From Trichinella spiralis (Eukaryota): a DNA stretch of 64,000 bases. This document shows positions 54,502 through 64,000 of the stretch, in pieces; the first letter of the stretch is position 1; every line of letters starts with the position of its first letter. The notes under the pieces were generated by a model. It was not told the origin of the DNA, did no database searches, and saw only the letters and a program-made list of their open reading frames with translations. The stretch is from NCBI RefSeq assembly GCF_000181795.1, contig NW_003526940.1, positions 540,336 to 604,335 of the forward strand, in the 5' to 3' direction. A program made the translations under genes and the position numbers.

Positions 54502-56859
54502 TTATTGAGATAATCTACCGAATTGATCATACAAAGCAAGTAATTTTTTATCTGTCCGAGGAGGTACGAGTTGTAAGCCAATTTGAAAATGATCCCATCG
54601 AACAACACATGCATTTATATCTTCTTTGATAGCTTGTAAAGCTGCTTCATCACAAACAGCAACCAACTCTGCACCGGAATAACCATCGGTCATTTCAGCC
54701 AATTCTTTCAAATTGACATCTTCACCAAGGGGAGTATTTTGCAAGCGAACCTGCAAAATGTCCTGCCTGGTCGTCACGTCCGGCAAAGGGACATAAACAA
54801 TGCGGTCCAATCGTCCAGGTCTGAGCAAAGCCGGGTCGATTCTGTCCGGTCGATTGGTCGCAGCCACAATGAGCACTCGATTCAAACTTTCAAAGCCGTC
54901 CATTTCAGTCAACAACTGAGTCAACACTCTGTTGCCTACTGTATTCGAACCTGACGATCCAATTTCTCGTTCTGCCGCCAACGCGTCAATTTCGTCGAAA
55001 AAAATGATCGCCGGTGCCACTTGCCGAGCTTTACGAAACAAATCGCGCACCGCCCTCTCCGACTCGCCCACGTATTTGTTGAACAACTCCGGACCCCTGA
55101 TCGGCAAAAAGTTGAACGTGCATTCTGTGGCCAACGCTTTGGCGATCATGGTCTTCGAACATCCTGGTGGACCGTACATCAAAATCCCCTTGGCCGGCTT
55201 GGCTCCCAGTCGACGGAACGCCTCTTCGCGTGTTGTTGGCCACTCGACCATTTGTTTCAATTTTTCTTTCAATTCAGTTTGGCCGCCCACGTCACTCCAT
55301 CGAACTTTTGGAATATCGAATGAAATTTCTTTCAAAGCCGACGGTGTCATTTTTTCTACAGTGATTAGCATAATTTGCCTGTCAATGGACAGCTGGTCGG
55401 GACGAGCGATGTAAGCGGAACCGCAGGCTTCGCGTACCAGAGTATGCAAATCTGCGGCCGTATATCCATGCGTGATGTCGGCGATTTCGGCAAAATCATC
55501 GCAGCTCAAGCTGTGCTTGAATTTGGCGAGTAAATTTTGCAAAATTTCCAAACGCTCCGCAGCGACCGGTACCGACACTTCCACCTCAACGTGGAAGCGA
55601 GTCCTCAGCTGAGCATCTGTATGGCTAATGTCGGAAGTGATTCCGATCAGCATGGTCGATGAAGTTCCGTTGTTCACCTGATCGATCAAATTCAGCACCT
55701 TATTCAAACACGATGATTCAGCTTTCTTATTACTCGACAACCGTTCCATATTGTCCAACAAGTACAGCACTGGGTTACGCTGTTCAACGTACTGTTTTGG
55801 ATTGTCACAATCGAATATGATCATGCTGGCATCAATTTCACCTGCCAGCGCTATGGCTATTTCAGTTTTACCACATCCACTCGGTCCGTACAAAAGAACG
55901 CTTTTAGTGCACAGAGCATCCGCTTGGATGGTGCCATTTTTCAACAAACGCAAAGGATATACAATATGACCCAAAAGAGCCGATTTGGCGCGATGCAAAC
56001 CAGCCAGACTTTCAAAATTGCGATCATTTTTAACAGAAGAACCAAGTAAAATCAGTTTTGTACTTTCTACGAATTTGTAAAATACCGGAAATGAACATTC
56101 ACCATGCAAAAACTCACATTCACGTTGGTCTTCGGTAGAATTTTGTAGCTGACATGATTTCAGCTGACGCGACACCTCTTCGACTTCTCCTTCAATATTC
56201 CCCTTCGCCGAGACCACAAATTCACAGGAATAACCATAGAATGGAACGGAGATCAACTGTTCATTCAAGAGAACTGATTGTAACAGATAGCTTCGGCAAT
56301 ACTGATGAAATGCTGAAAATTTTGTAAAGAAATAATGCTGCATCGCTTGCAGAGTAATTTCCGTGGCTAATGTGGTATCGGCTCGCCGAATACATACAAA
56401 ATCGTTATTTAGCAATTTCAACGATAATTTCAAAAGTTTCGTTATTCCCAAAGAGTAAATAGAAAATTTTCTTGGAAATAAATAAGGCCAAACAAAAGCT
56501 GGCTCAGCAACTGCATTCTCTAAATAAACAGTTACTACGTCGCCTAAATCGAAATTGCATTGCTGCATTGCATCCGGGTGAAGAAGTATTACATGGTCAC
56601 GATACCAAGGATTTAGTTTCGCTATTTGATCAGGGGTGTCTACATTTATTGGGGAGACGACTAATACGTCTTTGTTACAAAGACCATGTGCATATAAAGA
56701 TGGGTATTTTGCATTACGTAGAAAATAGGGAGCGTCTTCTGTGCAACTGTGCTTCTGCTTATCCCGATGTAAAAATGTTGAGCCACATATATTACAATTT
56801 GTGACGTTCAATTTCTTTCTGTCACCAGGACTAGGCGTCAAAGAATTTGAAGTTTTCAT
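54502..56859 (-). CDS. SPATA5: Double AAA+ ATPase of the SPATA5/AFG2 (Drg1) family, 785 aa, intronless
   Basis: D1 Walker A GPSGCGKT; D2 PKVRWSDVGG, GPPGCSKTMIAKALA (SKT variant typical of AFG2/SPATA5), IIFFDEID, AATNRPDRIDPALLRPGRLD. Confidence 0.88.
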   Translation of the reverse strand: MKTSNSLTPSPGDRKKLNVTNCNICGSTFLHRDKQKHSCTEDAPYFLRNAKYPSLYAHGLCNKDVLVVSPINVDTPDQIAKLNPWYRDHVILLHPDAMQQCNFDLGDVVTVYLENAVAEPAFVWPYLFPRKFSIYSLGITKLLKLSLKLLNNDFVCIRRADTTLATEITLQAMQHYFFTKFSAFHQYCRSYLLQSVLLNEQLISVPFYGYSCEFVVSAKGNIEGEVEEVSRQLKSCQLQNSTEDQRECEFLHGECSFPVFYKFVESTKLILLGSSVKNDRNFESLAGLHRAKSALLGHIVYPLRLLKNGTIQADALCTKSVLLYGPSGCGKTEIAIALAGEIDASMIIFDCDNPKQYVEQRNPVLYLLDNMERLSSNKKAESSCLNKVLNLIDQVNNGTSSTMLIGITSDISHTDAQLRTRFHVEVEVSVPVAAERLEILQNLLAKFKHSLSCDDFAEIADITHGYTAADLHTLVREACGSAYIARPDQLSIDRQIMLITVEKMTPSALKEISFDIPKVRWSDVGGQTELKEKLKQMVEWPTTREEAFRRLGAKPAKGILMYGPPGCSKTMIAKALATECTFNFLPIRGPELFNKYVGESERAVRDLFRKARQVAPAIIFFDEIDALAAEREIGSSGSNTVGNRVLTQLLTEMDGFESLNRVLIVAATNRPDRIDPALLRPGRLDRIVYVPLPDVTTRQDILQVRLQNTPLGEDVNLKELAEMTDGYSGAELVAVCDEAALQAIKEDINACVVRWDHFQIGLQLVPPRTDKKLLALYDQFGRLSQ

Positions 56860-57691
56860 GAACAGTTACTTTGCAAGAAAATACAGTATGTTAAATGCAA
56901 TTTACAAAATACTAATTATCAAGTTCAATAATTTTTATCATTGCTGCACAGATAGATATTGCATTGAAATTATCGTAACGTTAATGATTGAAAAATAAAA
57001 ATGAATATAAAATTAGCACAAATCTGCATTTATTTCATATTTAGCAAGTAAACATATGAAAACAAACAAATAGTTATAAGTACGGCTATTTTTCAGCAAA
57101 ATATAATTTTACAAATTACAATATAAAACAAAATTTTGAATTCGTTTAGTAAAATGTATTTCTTCTTTGAATTCATAAGTTTAATTTGTAAGCAGCGCAT
57201 TTTTGCTAAATTTGAAAGTAAAATATTCTTACTGTAATTGCAGTCTCATTAAATTGCTAAATTCGAACTGTTTCAAAATAATTAATGCATGGATTTTGCA
57301 GAAAATAAATTAAATATGCACTATAAATAAATATGCAATTATCACGAAATTACATTATCGTTATTTTATTTATCGATTCATAATTGTAAAAACGTACGTG
57401 CATTTTATAAACTGTGGCAGCACTGATGACAGTAAAAATCTCATTCAGTGGCCGAAGCTTGGTTTTGTTGACTATTTTCATCAGCATTAGTAATTCTAAT
57501 TTTAAATTTTATTGAAAAAATTGTTGTATTTTGAAATCAATAGTTTAGATTGTTATGTTTATTATAATCATGTGCATTTTAATTCAATAGGAGACAAAAG
57601 GGCCGAAAATCTAAGATTTTGAAGATTATATATACTATTTGATAACATATAATTATGATGCTATCTGATCAATTTTATAGTTGTGCGACCG

Positions 57692-59418
57692 ATGTCTACG
57701 GGTGATCATAGAGAACAATCCTCTAAAAGACATAAATCACAGTAAGGATTTTTAACTTTCTTTTTATTTACTTGTGTATTCTGCTGTGTTTAGGTTTGAA
57801 CCACTTTCAGAAGATGAGATACCATTTTGGCATCGTCGTAACTCAAGACTTTCAAGAGATGAGCTAGAATTACTGAAAGAAATGAGTAATTTTTTTCAAA
57901 TTAAAAATTGAATTCAATGTCAGCTTCAATCATTTTAGACATTACATTGAAAGTTGGGGCTTTTTCTGAAAAGGAAGATAGACGAATTCGAAAGAATTGG
58001 AAGCGCTTTTCTCGCTTTTATAACGTGGAATACCGAGACTTCTTTTACATAGAAAATTCAGAAATCCCTGACCGTAGGTCTTTTTTGAAGAGTACAAACT
58101 TTTACGCTGAATTAGGTAAAAAAGCTTTACGTATGATGTTATTCTATATTTTTGATCTTGCTTGTTTAAATTAGACAGTTAAAAAAAATATGTATGCATA
58201 TTTGTGTGTGTATATTATCAGTGCATTTTACTTTTGTATAATATTTACGTAATTGAAAATTTTTTTTTTAATTTTAAGCTAGAAAACTGCCGTGGCGCTC
58301 AAGTTACAGTGTCATACAGCGTGCGAGAAGTATTTTGCACCCAAACTATGAAAATCATGCGAATTACACCAAAGAACAGACTGAAGCTCTTGGAAATTTT
58401 GTACAAGAGTATGGGCGGAAATGGGCAGTAATTGGTGATGAATTAGGTCGTACTCCATTGAGTGTGGGCTATCGTTACAAAACTATGCGTCGTCGAAAGG
58501 GAAGATTTAGTCCTGAGGAACACACTGCATTTATTGGTGAATATCATTTGTCTGTATTTTGGATATTTATAAATAATACATTTCTAGAAGCTATCAAAAC
58601 TTATTTGAAGAAAAGCACTGAATCAGAACTGTTAAATGTGCATATAAATGAAATTGCTTGGTCTCAAGTAAGAGAACAAATGCCAGGGCGAACACTTTCT
58701 CAGCTGAGAAATCATTGGTTTGATTGTTTTTTAATTTATTTTTTGCAAACATGATGAAAGAGTGTTAATTGTGTTGCAGGTGCAGTTGGATTTTAAAGCA
58801 GACAGATATTAGTGAATACCGAGAAAAAATTTTCGAATGGTAAGTAAGAAATTTATTGAATTTATTTTTGTTGTGCATTTTAAAAATAATGTATTGCTTT
58901 GTTAAAGTTTACGGTACTGTGTCCATCATATTGGAGTATCTGAGTATTCCGATGTGGATTGGGAATTTGTCGGCGAATGCGTTGGAACTGATCCGTATCT
59001 GGCAAGGCATGTGTATTATTTGGCAGTCAATCAATTTTGCAGAGGTGTAAAAGAAGTTAGCGGTAAATGAAGAGTTGAATTCAACTTTATTTAAATAGTA
59101 ATTTTTTGTTAATCGTGCATGAATAATTGTGAATATGAGTAAACTTTTGTGATTAAATGTAAATTCATGAAGAAGGCGACATTTTCTAATAGTAAATAAC
59201 ATTGTAAGTTTTGATGAAATTATGATTGTTTCATTAAAAAAATCATTTTTAAATTTTGGAAATGATAAATGTATTAATTTGCTTTTAATGTTGAATAAGA
59301 ATTGACATGAAATTCAATTATGCGTACGTGGCAATGAACATTTTTTAGAGCAGTGCGAAGCTGTTTTGCTTGGTCAGAAAAACAGGAGAAGGAAAAGGAT
59401 AAAAGATAATACTGAATG
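57692..59418 (+). CDS. Myb/SANT-repeat DNA-binding protein of the TTF1/DMTF1/Reb1 type, multi-exon
   Basis: KVGAFSEKED..I.KNW..F, FYAELARKLPWR..YSV.QRAR, YTKEQTEAL..FVQEYGRKWAVIGDELGR, KGRFSPEE, IAWSQV..MPGRT..QLRNHW; phase-compatible exons ending ...KRIKDNTE*. Confidence 0.75.
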
Positions 59419-61545
59419 AAAATGCGTTGAGATGGGGCGGAGAATAATAAAGATTAAATGAATTAAAGTTATTTCTTTTTTTTTTCAAGGGACTGAAATT
59501 CATTTCTACTTAATTTTGTGAATTTAATAAAAGCAAAATTGGGAAAATCTCTCTCAGTGCATCCACAGAATGAAACAAAGCATTCATAATATGGTGTTTT
59601 TGCAGTTTAAGTTAGCCAGCAGATTAATAAAGCTGGGCATCAGTTTGAAAACAGAAAGTTTTCATTATGATTATGATTATGATTATGATGCAATATTTGA
59701 ACAATACCACGCTATGATGATCATGATGATGATGATGATAGTCCTCTGCAAGCATGTGACTCAATGTAATGCGCATAGTTTTCAATCACATGACCATTAC
59801 AACGGTCACATGCTCGAAGATGGCTGCACATTTTTTGGATTCTGGTGCTGGCAAGAGTGAAAAAATGTGGAGACAGAAGGAGAAGATTTAAAAGTTTAGA
59901 CCGCTTGTGTCAGCTTCATGGTGACACAGGCGATGGTGAAATGGTTTGAAAAAGTGCAGTGTAATATATGGTCCTCTGCTTGCTGCTGTTGCGAAATGTT
60001 TGCTAATGGCTGAAATAAGTTTTATTCGACATGCCGCATGCCCAGTTTTCTATCTATTCAATTCAATGTTCTCTTGTATCGAAACTGGCTCTGTCAGACG
60101 AACAGAACAAAACATCTATGTCAGTGCTGGCTTGAAAGAGAAATGAGAAAATGAAATAATATTTATTTTATGAAAATATTATTTTGCTTTTTCTGCTTCC
60201 GCTTATTCTTCTTCATTTTTTATTTAACTACTCTACAGTATTTTAGAGGTGTGTGCCTGGCTGTGAACGCTTGATAGTTCTGATTTTGTTTTGCTTGAAT
60301 GGAATACGAATAGGTTGAATAAAATATTTACAGTATATCTTGCAAGTGTTTTTTAATTGCTCTGCAACCGTTTGTTCACAGTTTCGGTAAATAGCAATTT
60401 TTAACTGTTCAGATTTATTAATATGAACAGTGAAATATATGTAAATAAATGTTTTTTTGCTTTGTACTGTGCAATGTCTGTTCAACGTATATTTCTTTTT
60501 TTAATTAATGTGTGCCTTGTATCGGTATGTTTGTTGCAATATTTGCGGGGTGTTGTTCTGCTTCTTTAGAGAAACCAGTAAATAAGTATTTTAAATTTCA
60601 GTAACTTTCAAACTCATCATTGAAATTGAAGACTCTGAGCAGACAGACGCTTGCTCAGAATATTATCTCGGAAATACAACATCGGCGAAGATATCACCAA
60701 CATCTCATAAAAAACAGTGAAAATGGCATAAAATAAAACACAAAACCACAACCTACGCTTTTACCTCTATGTAAAATTCAGAACGTTGCAATGAGCATGG
60801 AAACAAAAATACAGCTTTTCTCTTCCAGAGGTGATATTTACATTAATACAATGTTAAAAACGCCATTTTGCTTAGCCATATCATGTTGTGATAGAAGATT
60901 AACATTGCAGAGTCACCGCGCAGATATTCCCGACTTTTGAATTTATCCCTTGAATCATACATATTTATGCCATTTTTAGCATAGTAGGTAATGATGAGAT
61001 TAAAGTAATTTTCTTTATTTTTGGAATTCAAAAATAGATGAAAACAATGTTGCAGAAGCATCAAGAAGCAGAAGTAATGTCTGATTAAATAAATTGAAAA
61101 TTTTTTTATACAGTTTTAACAGTATACAACTTTTAATGATGTAAAGAAAACATCTAATTTTTCTGAAAGAAACAATTATGGATTCCGCTTATTTTTTATT
61201 AAATTCATCACAGGTGGTCATAATAAACAAATAATTCATGATATGCATGTTAATTCATAATGCTCATTTATTTAACTGAAATTATGATCTGTTATAAAAT
61301 TTTAGGACATTTTGTAAGTACGTTATATGGATGCTTGAAAGGAGTATTTCAATTCAATATGATGCCATTAATTTCAATGAGATATGTAATTAAAATTATT
61401 TTATTTTATTAAAAAATGTTAAAATATAAAAAATCATGTGGAATAAAAATTTGTAGGCTTTGTTACAAATAAAAAAATTAAGTCAATATAATGTATTATT
61501 TTAAAAGCATGAAATTATTATATTCTTCATCTTCATTGAAGTGAA

Positions 61546-62058
61546 TCAATGAGACGTAGCTTTGTTTCTCAACGAATATCGTTTCTTTGTTATAGTTGAT
61601 TTCAACGAAGAACGTTTTCTTCGGGATTTAGTTGACCTGATCAAAGCTGCTTTTCTGTTAGATTTCTTCACGCTTCTTTTCTTAGCACGCCGAGATTTTC
61701 GTCGACTTTTAGATCTTGGTCGGGTAACGGCTTTAGGTGTCAGTTTCTTGCTAGTGCTTCTTTTTCTTGTCATACTTTTCAATCCTGATTTCTGGTATCG
61801 AAATGATTGCAAACAAACTGAACAAATCAATTCCAAAGATGACTCATTGCCATCCGATGGTACGGCTGATGGTATTTTCTGTAATTCTGATCCTGATGAT
61901 CGACTCAAGGATTGTCGAGCAGAATGCTTTTCACTTTGACTTCTTGATCGGCTTAGCTTACGGCTACGACTGCCACTAGCACTACGACTACGCTTGTGAC
62001 TGCCTTTGGAACTTTGGCTGAAACGTCGAGCGAAGCGAGAACCTCTAGAGCAAGGCAT
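61546..62058 (-). CDS. Intronless Arg/Ser/Lys-rich basic protein (170 aa from MPCSRG), protamine-like candidate, paralog 2
   Basis: Aligns with 18794-19300 (LQK.PSAV..DG.E...E.IC..CLQS.R; KKRSVKKSN.KA.LI...KSRRKRSSLKS). Start chosen by homology; an alternative in-frame ATG lies at 62097. Confidence 0.75.
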   Translation of the reverse strand: MPCSRGSRFARRFSQSSKGSHKRSRSASGSRSRKLSRSRSQSEKHSARQSLSRSSGSELQKIPSAVPSDGNESSLELICSVCLQSFRYQKSGLKSMTRKRSTSKKLTPKAVTRPRSKSRRKSRRAKKRSVKKSNRKAALIRSTKSRRKRSSLKSTITKKRYSLRNKATSH

Positions 62059-63439
62059 CGTCCTAACTAGCGACAACGAAGAATGAACAACCTTCATTTT
62101 CGCAATAGTTTTATGTGCCACTGCACACTTTAAACAATTTCACTTTAAAATAGCATTGTTTAAATAAAATAAAAAATTTTAATTTATCTTTAAAGAAGAT
62201 AAGGGGAAAATTGAACATTGTAAAAGAAACGTTTTAAAATAAATTATGAAATAGAAATTTAAAGTAAAATTTTTTCCCTTAGAAGTATACATAATAACAT
62301 TCTCTTAAATAAAAGTGTTACACCCTGAGTGGGGCTATTATTTCTGTCTGGCTGCTTTCACGCACGTGAAATGCTTCATACCTTGAATTTTTGGTTAGTT
62401 TTTTCATGGTTTACCAGTATTTCTTCAAGATTAACTGTACTAAACCCAAAACTTCAATGATGTCATATTAATGTGGCTGATGACTCATGAGTCTCAATGA
62501 TTATTTCACTTTCTATTAAACACTGACAACTTCACATTATTCTGTCTTCAGTTTTAATGTTTCATTATTACTCAGTACTGAAAAGATGATATATGAGAAA
62601 GGAGTCGCTGCTGCAAAATCTTGTCATGGTCGTCAGCAAGTGTTACCTAAAAATGCTGCTTTGAAACTGAACCATTTTGTTCATCGAGGAAGTTCCATAA
62701 AGGAAGTTGCATGTTCAGCTGGGCCTTCAAAATTACATCTCTTTCATGATATTCTACAATTTTCATTCAGAAAATGTTCCAATAAAATAGATAGCTGACA
62801 AAAATGAATAATCTAAATTACTTGCCTGAAGAGATATCTAAATGAAAAAATACATACATGTATATACAAACCTAAACAAATTTATTTATTTACGTATCTA
62901 TTTATTTATTTACCTATATTTATATCTGTTTACTTATTTATATTTAGCATAAGTCACTGGTTTTGTGTTTGTTAACCAGCAAACTGTTGACTTGTTGACC
63001 AGCAATTATCATTATGATTTGTGCGCTTGAGCGTGTAACATCTCCTTTTGCATATTAACTTTTGTTGGTTTAGTGAAATACAAACTGAATTTTATTATTT
63101 TTCAGCTCCATCATGTGAAAAAATTCTCAAACATACGACACAGAAAATAGCACAAGCTAGTGATGAACACTAAAAAATGGAATAAGGAAAAATAGAATTG
63201 ACGGTCTTGTTCTTAACAAATTCAAGTTTTTATTATCCAATTACATCATTTTACCAAAAATACAGAAGCAACAAATGAACAACAAATATAAGAGATAACT
63301 GAACAAAGAGCTGTTAAATAGACATGCTTATCTGGGTCACTCACTGTTTTTGAATTCGACACCTAATGACTTTTTACGGTGGCAACGCAACTAGCCACAT
63401 TCACTTCGCTTGACACAGAAGAAAGCTGTGCGCGTGATT

Positions 63440-63600
63440 ATCATGATCCAGTTTGTATGCAGCAGGAACGATTTTTTGAAATTTAGCTGGATCAACAAAC
63501 ATGTCTTACAGTTGGGTCCCACCTTAGCCGGGCAAAAGTATTTTCAATTAAATGCATGCAATAGCTACTCTGAGAAATTTTTCACGAATCGCCAGAAATA
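63440..63600 (+). mobile_element. Possible hAT transposase C-terminal dimerisation-domain remnant
   Basis: FLKFSWINKH...PTLAGQKYFQLNACNSYSEKFF loosely resembles the hAT motif W.....P.LA..A.KYL..PA.S..SER.FS. Confidence 0.3.
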
Positions 63601-64000
63601 CGAAGTCAGTGTATACTACATCACATACTTCTTAACACTTCACGCTACCCTACAAGAGCTGGCATTTCAGTCTTTCTGAGCACTATGATGCTATCCATTT
63701 ATACAAGGCATAAATTCAAGCATAATCCTATCAACATCATAAGTAGTTCGAAATTTTCACAACGCTGTGGATGCTTTCGCAAATCAACTCACCCAGACAG
63801 TAAAGTCACTGATAGTGCGCAATTATTCTTCTCACTCATTAATGGGAATAGAAGCTTCAGAGGCAAATAAAAAACCAATTTACCTTTCATTCCTGCGACG
63901 AGGATGATTAGCAATGATCATATTTTTTGGCAGATCCCAGCCGAGACAGCAAGAAAAGAAACACACCAGTGATAGAGGGAACTTTAGCTGAAAAATAACC

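Overview
AT-rich eukaryotic genomic scaffold with short spliceosomal introns and N-gaps (6872-6881, 7879-8258, 10059-10956). It is nematode-like, and the gene and transposon families suggest Trichinella (inference). The window has three zones. (1) 0.3-6.8 kb: the internal part of a multi-exon cubilin gene that breaks off next to a gap. (2) ~7.6-22.7 kb and 30-33 kb: decayed transposons (MULE/FLYWCH, BEL/Pao, piggyBac, a MITE) around small lineage-specific genes, namely a 3-exon secreted cystatin-like gene absent from the ORF track, an Arg/Ser/Lys-rich protamine-like gene and an 88-aa secreted orphan. A ~1.6-kb BEL-derived segment is duplicated in inverted orientation at 11-12.5 kb and 30-31.7 kb. 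(3) Conserved genes: an LRR-Ig-TM protein (IGLR-2-like), mitoribosomal S18, SWEET, SMC4, a C2H2 zinc-finger protein, MICU1, a TTBK/CK1 kinase, two identical tRNA-Lys(UUU) genes flanking a Tigger remnant, intronless SPATA5/AFG2 head-to-head with a TTF1/Reb1-like Myb gene, and a second protamine-like paralog. The most interesting signal is a candidate male-germline module: the two protamine-like paralogs share promoter and 3'UTR motifs, and the same 12-mer (TTGTTTAAAGTG) lies upstream of the unrelated TTBK kinase. All calls were made by eye, and exon boundaries not spelled out are approximate.
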